Shown: in pieces, positions 1 to 7,260 of the stretch
How positions within the stretch are numbered: the stretch's first letter is position 1
Layout of the letters: every line of letters starts with the position of its first letter
Source of the DNA: a virus
Taxonomy: Duplodnaviria > Caudoviricetes
Direction: 5' to 3' (one strand)
DNA length: 41,046 bases
Virus record (IMG/VR): IMGVR_UViG_3300032335_000942
Span: 1 to 41,046 of that record
Made by a program: the position numbers and the translations under genes
The notes under the pieces: model-generated
Seen by the model: the letters and a program-made list of their open reading frames with translations, nothing else
Databases searched by the model: none
Told to the model about the DNA's origin: nothing

Positions 1-83
1 CGGAAGAGCCCCCGGCGGAAGAGCCCCCGGCGGAAGAGCCCCCGGCGGAAGAGCCCCCGGCGGAAGAGCCCCCGGCGGAAGAG
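1..83 (+). repeat. 15-bp coding tandem repeat (GCGGAAGAGCCCCCG = AEEPP), left part; same array as at the right end
   Basis: About 5.5 perfect units, then TAA at 84-86; identical units at 40961-41046. Confidence 0.95.
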
Positions 84-86
84 TAA
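1..86 (+). CDS. 3' end of the AEEPP-repeat protein that starts at 40781 (gene wraps across the contig junction)
   Basis: AEEPP frame ends GAA GAG TAA (84-86), 3 nt before the next ATG at 90. Confidence 0.8.
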   Translation, partial: EEPPAEEPPAEEPPAEEPPAEEPPAEE

Positions 87-89
87 TCA

Positions 90-707
90 ATGGCCCCGAC
101 ACTCCTCACACCTCCGTCATCGCTCCCAGTCTCGGTCGACGAGGCGAAGTTGCATCTCCGAATCGAGGCGGACGATCTGACGGCGGCGGACGCTGCGCTT
201 CTTCACAATTATATTCATGCGGCCACCAATTACGTGGAGGAGTATCTTCGGCGACGGTTGATCGAGCAGACATGGAAGTTCTATCTCGACGCGTTCCCGA
301 CCAACGACGGCGAGATCGTTGTGCCAATATCTCCGCTTCTGGATGTTGAAGTAAACAACTTTATTTTCTTTGACGTTGCAGGAAACGTTTTTAACGTCGA
401 CAACGATTTATATGTGGTCGATGCGCCATCTGGTCCGAACCCTCCGCGAGGACGCATCTTTCTCGACTTCGGGAAGCAGTGGCCGACGACGGCTCGCGAA
501 CATCAAAACGCGATCGAGATTGTTGTCAAAGTCGGCTATGGCTCGACTGGCGCGTCAGTACCCGAGGCGATCCGGATTGCGATCCTTCAACTCGTGGGCA
601 ATATGTATGCCAACCGGGAGACGGTCGTCACGGGTACGATTGCAACGAAGATGCCGATGAGCGCCGAGTTCCTTCTCTCCCCATACCGACTCTTTAAATT
701 TCAGTAG
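90..707 (+). CDS. Head-tail connector/adaptor (HK97 gp6 / phiE125 gp8-like)
   Basis: PVSVDEAKLHLRI...YIHAATNYVEEYLRRRL...VPEAIRIAILQLVGNMYANRE...LLSPYR; follows the capsid genes on the circle. Confidence 0.9.
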   Translation: MAPTLLTPPSSLPVSVDEAKLHLRIEADDLTAADAALLHNYIHAATNYVEEYLRRRLIEQTWKFYLDAFPTNDGEIVVPISPLLDVEVNNFIFFDVAGNVFNVDNDLYVVDAPSGPNPPRGRIFLDFGKQWPTTAREHQNAIEIVVKVGYGSTGASVPEAIRIAILQLVGNMYANRETVVTGTIATKMPMSAEFLLSPYRLFKFQ

Positions 708-718
708 GAGCCCCGACC

Positions 719-982
719 ATGCCAGATCCATTTACAAATCAACAACCTTCGATGATCGGTCCAGTCGAAAACGGCTTTGCGATCACACCAGCAGACGGTT
801 CAGACATTGCACAAACCGTTCGCGGCATCTGGGTAGGCGGCGACGGAAACATTGCGCTCGTCACTCGGGGGGGCGATACGATCACGCTCTCGGGCGCGAA
901 GGCTGGCTCTTTGATTCCGATCCGCGCGTCGCGAGTACTTGCGACTGGAACAACTGCGACCCTGCTCATCGGGGTCTATTAG
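719..982 (+). CDS. Head spike base protein (RcGTA Rcc01079-like)
   Basis: 87 aa; DPF...GP...FAITPAD..D....RGIWVGGDGNIAL....G.TITL....AGSLIPIRASRVLATGTTAT matches my recollection of the family; RBS GGAG upstream. Confidence 0.75.
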   Translation: MPDPFTNQQPSMIGPVENGFAITPADGSDIAQTVRGIWVGGDGNIALVTRGGDTITLSGAKAGSLIPIRASRVLATGTTATLLIGVY

Positions 983-993
983 GACCCCCCACC

Positions 994-1335
994 GTGGCGA
1001 TCAAGGCGGGACAACTCGATCGGCGGATTCTTCTCCGAAGACCTTCAACGACGAAGAACACGTTCGGTGAAGACGTCGAAACGTTCGTCGACGTCAAGAT
1101 CGTCGCGGCCCGGGTCGTCCCGCAAACAGGACGCGAGGAGTTCGTCCCTGCCGACGGACACTCCGCAAAGCAATCGACCATCTTCGAGATCCGATATCGG
1201 GCTGGGGTAGGTCCGAAGTGGCGGGTCGTCTTCTACGGCTCCGAGTACGACGTCGAGGACGTCGCGGAGGTCGGTCGTCGCGAGGGGCTCCGGCTCACTT
1301 GCTTCGCGCGGAACGTCGTCTCGGGAGCGCCGTGA
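994..1335 (+). CDS. Head closure / head-tail adaptor (SPP1 gp16-like)
   Basis: AGQLDRRILL...FGE...FEIRYR...RVVF....YDVEDV...GRREGLRL; neck synteny. Confidence 0.88.
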   Translation: MAIKAGQLDRRILLRRPSTTKNTFGEDVETFVDVKIVAARVVPQTGREEFVPADGHSAKQSTIFEIRYRAGVGPKWRVVFYGSEYDVEDVAEVGRREGLRLTCFARNVVSGAP

Positions 1336-1772
1336 TGGCATCGATCAACGACAAAATCGTCATCGGCTTCACGGACGTTCGGAGGCAACTCGAAGGACTT
1401 CCAAAGTCGATCGTCAACAAGGTCGTCCGTCGGGCGGTCTACGCGGGCGCGACGGTCGTTCGCAACGCGGCTCGCGAGAAGGTCCCGGTCGATACAGGCG
1501 CTCTTAAGGCTTCGATCGTCGCTCGGGCGAACAAGAACAAGAAGGGCGAGATATCGGCATCCGTGGGGATCGTCCGTCGGGTCTACAAGCGAGGCAATAA
1601 GAAGGGGCAACAGTCCCGGCGGTACGCGCACCTCGTCGAGTTCGGAACGGCTCACTCCGCAGCACAACCGTTCATGCGTCCCGCGATGGACACTCGCATT
1701 GACGAGATCCTCGACACGACGGCTGCCAAGATGCGCGAGGGGATCGGCGAAGAGGCGAGGAAGAAACAATGA
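1335..1772 (+). CDS. HK97 gp10-family tail-completion protein
   Basis: PVDTGALKASI, YAHLVEFGT, AQPFMRPA; ATG overlaps the upstream TGA. Confidence 0.88.
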   Translation: MASINDKIVIGFTDVRRQLEGLPKSIVNKVVRRAVYAGATVVRNAAREKVPVDTGALKASIVARANKNKKGEISASVGIVRRVYKRGNKKGQQSRRYAHLVEFGTAHSAAQPFMRPAMDTRIDEILDTTAAKMREGIGEEARKKQ

Positions 1773-2179
1773 TCGAAGAAGCAATCAGAACCCTGCTCGC
1801 GGCGGCTCCTCTTGCTGGCGGTCGTGTTTTCCCGGTCGTCAAACCGCAGGACGCGACCGTCTTTCCGCTCTACGTTTACGAAAGAATCACATCCGAGCGA
1901 CCCCATTCGCACGGTCCCGACCGGGCTTCGGGGCTCGGGGTAATGCGTATCCAGATCAAAACTTGGTCGAAGACCTACGCGACCACGAGGGCAGCCAGCG
2001 AAGAAGCCCGGAAGATTCTTGACGGCTTCAAGGGGGATGTGGTTGTCCCCCAATCCGCGACCTATGAAGTCCAAGCAATCCTCGCGGAAGACGAGCGAGA
2101 CGACTACGACGAGGAGACGCGACTCTTCGGTTCGATCTTCGACGTCCGGGTCTGGTGGACCGAGGCTTCCCCGTCCTAG
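1769..2179 (+). CDS. Tail terminator (DUF3168-like)
   Basis: IEEAIRTLL...GRVFP...P.YVYERI...RIQIKTWS; position before the tail tube gene. Confidence 0.8.
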   Translation: MIEEAIRTLLAAAPLAGGRVFPVVKPQDATVFPLYVYERITSERPHSHGPDRASGLGVMRIQIKTWSKTYATTRAASEEARKILDGFKGDVVVPQSATYEVQAILAEDERDDYDEETRLFGSIFDVRVWWTEASPS

Positions 2180-2230
2180 ACTTGTGAGCCTTTGTAACTC
2201 GCACACCCTTATTACGACGGAGGATCTCTC

Positions 2231-2650
2231 ATGCCTACTGGCGCACGTTCAGGTTTCGGTGCATTGCTCAAGCGCGGCGACGGCGGCGGCCCCGAAGTAT
2301 TCACCACCGTGGCAGAAGTCACGAACATCGGTTCGGTCGAGACTCGACTCTCGACGGTCGACGCTACCCACATGGAATCGGCGGACACGCACATGGAGAA
2401 GATCCCGACTCTTCTCGAATCAGCGGAAGTCTCGCTCGAACTCAACTATCTTCCGGGCGACACGACGCAGAACAATCTGCGCAACGACATGCTTAATCGG
2501 ACGCTCCGGAACTTCCAGATCACGATTCCCGGCTCGTCGAAGGTCGTCACATTCTCGGCGTTCGTCACACAGGCTGGTCCTGCGTTTCCCGTCGATGGCA
2601 AGATGACGCAGAACATCACGCTTACCCCGACCGGCAAAATCACGATCTAA
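2231..2650 (+). CDS. Major tail tube protein
   Basis: GDGGGPEVFTTVAEV...VDATHMES...E.IP.L...FSAFVT...ITLTPTGK; RBS GGAGG. Confidence 0.88.
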   Translation: MPTGARSGFGALLKRGDGGGPEVFTTVAEVTNIGSVETRLSTVDATHMESADTHMEKIPTLLESAEVSLELNYLPGDTTQNNLRNDMLNRTLRNFQITIPGSSKVVTFSAFVTQAGPAFPVDGKMTQNITLTPTGKITI

Positions 2651-2698
2651 GCGATCTCGACCGTCCCGATCTAACAGTCTGCGAAGAAGGAATCCTGA

Positions 2699-3091
2699 AT
2701 GTCCTCAAACCCGAACTCCGGTCTCTGGCCCCGCTGTGAAATCGAACTTGAAAACGGAAAGATCACGATCATGTTCGGCCCAAAGACGCTCGCGATGATC
2801 GAGAGGGAATGCGGCATTTCGGTCTTGGAGTTCGCAGAAAAGTTCCAAGACATGAAGACGGCTCCGATCTTCGACCTCGGAATGAAGATCATGCTCGGCG
2901 CGATCAAGTCGTCTGTCCCCGGAATGACCGAGGAACTTCTCAACGAAAGGATTCGGCCCGATCGGTTCATGCCGATCTTGAACCAGATATCAGAATGCTG
3001 GTCGCAGGCGGTCAATCTCGCGGCTGGCGCTGTTGCGGAGAAGGCTGAAAACCCTCCGGCGGTCGGCGAGGCTTCTCCCTCGTCGACCTGA
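2699..3091 (+). CDS. Tail assembly chaperone (lambda gpG analogue)
   Basis: Lies between tail tube and tape measure genes; slippery heptamer near its 3' end. Confidence 0.75.
   Translation: MSSNPNSGLWPRCEIELENGKITIMFGPKTLAMIERECGISVLEFAEKFQDMKTAPIFDLGMKIMLGAIKSSVPGMTEELLNERIRPDRFMPILNQISECWSQAVNLAAGAVAEKAENPPAVGEASPSST
3049..3055 (+). promoter_or_regulatory. Putative programmed -1 ribosomal frameshift site A AAC CCT
   Basis: X XXY YYZ heptamer in the gpG frame, exactly where the -1 frame opens. Confidence 0.65.
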
Positions 3092-3384
3092 AGGCGTGGG
3101 CTCGGGTCGAACTCGAAATGCTTGATGACGAGTTTGATCGACTCGATCCTCGCGACATTGCGTCCTACCTCTCTGCGTGGCAAACCAAGCAGCAAAGAGA
3201 AGACTATCGCGCTGCTACCATCGTCTGTTCGATCGCAAACCTCTTTTGTGAAAAGGGGAAGCAGATCGAACCGGGCGACGTCTTTCCTTCTCTGCCAAAG
3301 CAACGAAGGGAGAAGAGCCCGGAGCATGTCGCGGAGAAGATCCTTTCTCTCGTGTCGACGATGGGCGCTGGCAGAGGAGGCTAA
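3049..3384 (+). CDS. Tail assembly chaperone -1 frameshift extension (gpT analogue)
   Basis: The -1 frame is open from 3049 (after TGA 3046-3048) to 3384; encodes AWARVELEMLDDEFDRLDPRD, typical of gpT-like domains. Confidence 0.72.
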   Translation, partial: KPSGGRRGFSLVDLKAWARVELEMLDDEFDRLDPRDIASYLSAWQTKQQREDYRAATIVCSIANLFCEKGKQIEPGDVFPSLPKQRREKSPEHVAEKILSLVSTMGAGRGG

Positions 3385-3387
3385 ACG

Positions 3388-5580
3388 ATGAGTCGCAGTC
3401 TCGGATCGCTAAGCATCAACCTCATCGCGCTCACGGGGAAGTTCGAGGCGAACTTCAAGACGGCTGCAAACGCTCTCGAACGCTTCGGCTTGACGGCGCG
3501 GAAGATCGGCTCCATCGCGACGGGCGCGATCGCGAAAATGGGCGGAGCCTTCGGTTCGATTGCCAAGGCGGCGCTCTCGGTGCAGGGCATTGTGACGGGG
3601 CTCATCGCGATCATCGGCGGGGCGCGTCTTGTGGGCGCGTTCGACGCTGCGGCTGACGCTGTTGACAACCTCGGGAAGAAGTCTCGAATCGTCGGCTTGT
3701 CGATCGAGCAGATGTCAGTCCTTCGGCTCGCGGCTGGCGAGTCCGGGGTCGAGTTCGAGACGCTCACGAAACTGGTCGGCAAGGCGACGAAGAACATCGG
3801 CACTTTCGCGATGACCGGCGGGGGACCGGCGGCGGACGCGATCGGTCGGCTCGGCCTAAACATCCGTTCATCTACCGGCGGGATCCGGAACATCAACGAA
3901 CTACTCCCCGAGATCGCCAAGGCTTTCGAGTCGATCGCGGACGAAGGCGAACGGTTGTCACTCTCTGAGGCAATCTTTGGTCGCGAGGGCGGGACGCAGT
4001 TCGTCCAATGGATCGAGGACTCCGGCGGCTTCATGGCGAACCTCGCGGAGCAGACGAAGCGAGCGAACGACCTCGGCGTTATGTTCACGGAGACGCAGTT
4101 CGCGAAACTGAAGGCATACCGAGACGCGGTCGGTCGCGTCTCCGAGGCTTGGCTGGGGCTTCGTGTTCGGCTCATGACGGAGATCGCTCCGGCGTTGACG
4201 ACGATCCTCGACAACTTCGCGCTCAGCACGGCGAAGGTCGGCAAGTGGGTCGCGAACCTCTTCTCGGTCATCCGCGCGGCTGTGAACAAAGAGGACATGG
4301 TCACGACGACGATCTCGGTCGCGACAAACGCAAAGGGACAGAAAGAGATCATCCGCGCGAAGGTCGCGGAACCATTCAACTACGCTTTTGACACGTTGAA
4401 GGGACTAGTCTCCTCGGCGTTTGGAGTTGTCTACGCGGAGATCTCGACGCGGATTCGATACCTCTTCGCGAGAGTCTGGGAGACTATCCGGCTTTCCATG
4501 GTCGATCTTTTCACCGACTTCGGCGCGTGGCTGACGGACGGCATGGAAGAAGCGGGGTCGATGATCGGAGATCTTCTTGGAGAGGTCGCAAAGAAACTCG
4601 GCGAGGGATTGAAGTTCATCGCGGGCAAACTTTCGGAGGCTGGTGCATTCGTCTCCAACAAATGGGAAGAGGCTGGCACTCGACTGATGGAGTATGAGAA
4701 CGACCTGAAGGACGAGAGAAGTTTTGCTCGGGACGTTCTTGCTGCACACATCGATGACATCGCGCGGCTCGGCGAGGAGTATCGCAACGCTCGCGACAAG
4801 GCTGACGGTTACGGCGGGGCGGTAAACAAACTTGCTGGGGCAGGCGCGGCGGTCGCCAGCAACTGGGATCAGTTCTTCGCGGGGATGAAAGAGAGTTGGA
4901 AAGAACTCTCGGCGGAGGCAAACAACTTCGCGCAACTCGGGCGGGACGTCTTCGGGAACTTTGCTCGCAATCTCTCAACGGGACTGTCGTCGGCGCTTGC
5001 TTCAGGCGAGGCTTCATTCAAGAACTTCGGGCAAACCGCTCTGGGCGTACTCGCAGATGTGGCGAAGGGGATCGCGGAGATGCTCCTGCAGTTCCTGTTC
5101 ATGCGGGCGATCACAGGCGCGTTCGGCGGGCTCTTCGCGGCTCCGGCGGCGACGGCTGGTGGCTATCAGATCCCTGCTCTCGGCGCTCCAGTTCCTCCGA
5201 CCTACGCAGCACATGGCGGCGCGTTCGCATTCGCAAATGGCGGGGTCGCTTCCGGGGTGATGAACGGACCGGCTGCGTTCCCATTCTCGAAGAAGGTCGG
5301 GATCGCGGGCGAGGCTGGCGCGGAGGCTGCCTTCGCTCCCCTCCGAATGATCGGTGGCGAACTCGGCGTCAAGTCGATCGGCGGGGAGACGACGGTCCAG
5401 ATCATCGACCAGCGAGGCTCAGGAGCCCGGCCAGAGGTTTCCAGTCAACGCGGCGACGACGGGCGGAAGGTAATCCGGATCATGATTCGCGACGAGGTCC
5501 GTCGCGGGGTCGGTGAAGGGGACTTTGACAAGGTATTCTCGTCCTCCTTCGGGCTGGGACGCAAGGGGACCAAGCGATGA
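3388..5580 (+). CDS. Tape measure protein
   Basis: 730 aa, Ala/Gly-rich and helical; N-term LGSLSINLIA; C-term FANGG...AGEAGAEA...PL motif. Confidence 0.9.
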   Translation: MSRSLGSLSINLIALTGKFEANFKTAANALERFGLTARKIGSIATGAIAKMGGAFGSIAKAALSVQGIVTGLIAIIGGARLVGAFDAAADAVDNLGKKSRIVGLSIEQMSVLRLAAGESGVEFETLTKLVGKATKNIGTFAMTGGGPAADAIGRLGLNIRSSTGGIRNINELLPEIAKAFESIADEGERLSLSEAIFGREGGTQFVQWIEDSGGFMANLAEQTKRANDLGVMFTETQFAKLKAYRDAVGRVSEAWLGLRVRLMTEIAPALTTILDNFALSTAKVGKWVANLFSVIRAAVNKEDMVTTTISVATNAKGQKEIIRAKVAEPFNYAFDTLKGLVSSAFGVVYAEISTRIRYLFARVWETIRLSMVDLFTDFGAWLTDGMEEAGSMIGDLLGEVAKKLGEGLKFIAGKLSEAGAFVSNKWEEAGTRLMEYENDLKDERSFARDVLAAHIDDIARLGEEYRNARDKADGYGGAVNKLAGAGAAVASNWDQFFAGMKESWKELSAEANNFAQLGRDVFGNFARNLSTGLSSALASGEASFKNFGQTALGVLADVAKGIAEMLLQFLFMRAITGAFGGLFAAPAATAGGYQIPALGAPVPPTYAAHGGAFAFANGGVASGVMNGPAAFPFSKKVGIAGEAGAEAAFAPLRMIGGELGVKSIGGETTVQIIDQRGSGARPEVSSQRGDDGRKVIRIMIRDEVRRGVGEGDFDKVFSSSFGLGRKGTKR

Positions 5581-6296
5581 GCGCCGACACGACATGGCCC
5601 GGCTCCCTTACGCGGACCCCCCGGGTCGCGGAACTGCAGGAGGACGCTCCTGCAATCGTCATTCGTTCCGAGGTCGATGCTGGCCCGGCAAAGATTCGAC
5701 GTCGCTTCACGGGCGATCTCCGTCGCTTTACGATCGGGCTGGACCTTCGACGCTCGGAGGTCGAGGTCTTCGATCTTTGGTTCCGCGAGCAGACTTACGG
5801 CGGCGCTCTGTCCTTTTCGTGGAAGCATCCTCGCAAGGGGACGGCGGCGGACTTCCGCTTTCTCTCGACCCCGACCTACCGACCAAAGGCTCCGCGCGGC
5901 GACGGTAACGAATGGTGGACTGTTTCGTTCGACGTCGAAATGCTTCCGGGGACCGACTCGTCGATCGCTCCCCCCGGCGGCGTTATCGATCCGGCGGGCG
6001 GCGGGAACTGGCCGATCTGGATCGCGAACTCCGACCCCGTCGAGCAGGCGATGGAGATCGAAGAAGAAGCAGTTGTCCCCGAGTTCTTCCGCGAGGCAGA
6101 CGCTGCTCCTCCCGTTTTCTTGTTTGCTTATATCACGACGAATCTCGGTCGCGAAGCAGAAGACGAAGTTTTGTATTTTGACGATACAGTTGTGTCTGTT
6201 GGTTCTTTCGTGTTAGAATCAACAGCCAATGGCAGCAGTTCAAACGGAACATTCAGTCCGGGCGGCGGCGGAAATGTTGTCCCAGAAGAAGCATAA
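5577..6296 (+). CDS. Distal tail protein (Dit / lambda gpM-like) with acidic C-terminal extension
   Basis: WP..L...IRSEVDAGPAKIRRRFT...F..W......GALSFSWKHP; directly after the tape measure gene. Confidence 0.72.
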   Translation: MSADTTWPGSLTRTPRVAELQEDAPAIVIRSEVDAGPAKIRRRFTGDLRRFTIGLDLRRSEVEVFDLWFREQTYGGALSFSWKHPRKGTAADFRFLSTPTYRPKAPRGDGNEWWTVSFDVEMLPGTDSSIAPPGGVIDPAGGGNWPIWIANSDPVEQAMEIEEEAVVPEFFREADAAPPVFLFAYITTNLGREAEDEVLYFDDTVVSVGSFVLESTANGSSSNGTFSPGGGGNVVPEEA

Positions 6297-6309
6297 CGGA
6301 GACTCAAAC

Positions 6310-6747
6310 ATGGCAGGCACAAACGGCACTCTCACGACCTCGGCATCCATCTCGACCGGAACCACGCTGAAGACGATTCTTCAGCACACATCTCCGGCAA
6401 ACGTCGCGACCATCGTCACTCGCGCGTCGATCTCTTTCGCGGGCAACTCGCCGACGGCGGACAAGATTCTTGTTCAGGTTGTTCGATCGGCGACGTCCGG
6501 TACGGGAACCAGTCGCACACCGACGAAGGTCAACGCATCCGACTCCGAGACGCTCCAGTCGACTGGTCGCGAGAACTTCACGGTCGAGCCCACCTCCCCC
6601 GTGGTAGTCTTCGAGGAACTGGTTCACCCACAAGGCGGATATACGGCTCCCGAAAGAATCAAGGTCAAGGCTGGCGAAACGCTCGGCTTCCAAGTGACGG
6701 CTCCGGCTGCAGTGAACTGCCGCGCTCGCTTCGTCTTTGAGGAATGA
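6310..6747 (+). CDS. Hypothetical virion protein, Thr/Ser-rich beta-sandwich-like
   Basis: RBS GGAG then ATG 6310; inside the tail-tip operon. Confidence 0.55.
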   Translation: MAGTNGTLTTSASISTGTTLKTILQHTSPANVATIVTRASISFAGNSPTADKILVQVVRSATSGTGTSRTPTKVNASDSETLQSTGRENFTVEPTSPVVVFEELVHPQGGYTAPERIKVKAGETLGFQVTAPAAVNCRARFVFEE

Positions 6748-6751
6748 GTAA

Positions 6752-7231
6752 ATGCCTCGGCCCCTCTCGTCGGTCGCGAAGCAGGCGATATTCGCGGCTC
6801 AAACCGGCGAAGTGTTCGTCGTTCTTCTCGAACTCGAACACCCAAACTTCGCAGGGATCATCCGGGTCTGCTCGAACGATTTGGCGATCGCGTCTCGCGG
6901 GAATACTTACGTCCCGTTCCCGTTCGAGATCATTCTTCCCGACGAGGCGGAGGACTCGGCCCCTCGCGTTACCCTCCGCATCGACGCGATCGACCGGCGT
7001 CTGATCTCCGAACTTCGATCGGTCGTTACGGTCGTCCCGGTAACGGTTCGCATGATGGTGGTCATTGCGTCGTCCCCGGACGTTCTCGAAGTCGGACCCA
7101 TGGAGTTCTCTCTTCGCGACGTCGAGTATTCGGCAACGACGATTGAGGGGACGCTTCTCTACGAGGACGTCCTCAACGAGTCGTTCCCCGGCGATACGTT
7201 CTCCCCGGCACGGTTCCCGGCGCTCTTCTGA
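6752..7231 (+). CDS. Minor tail protein (DUF1833 / lambda gpL-like)
   Basis: LLELEHP...IRVCSN...YVPFPFEIILP...LRID.IDR...SPDVLEVGP...FSPARFPALF. Confidence 0.8.
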   Translation: MPRPLSSVAKQAIFAAQTGEVFVVLLELEHPNFAGIIRVCSNDLAIASRGNTYVPFPFEIILPDEAEDSAPRVTLRIDAIDRRLISELRSVVTVVPVTVRMMVVIASSPDVLEVGPMEFSLRDVEYSATTIEGTLLYEDVLNESFPGDTFSPARFPALF

Positions 7232-7260
7232 GGTCAGACCGGGGGCGGTACGATCTGCAG

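Noticed and set aside
1-83. Terminal repeats as a CRISPR array or true phage terminal repeats
   Set aside because: The units are contiguous with no spacers, encode AEEPP in frame and lie inside a gene. Physical ends are more likely at cos near terS.
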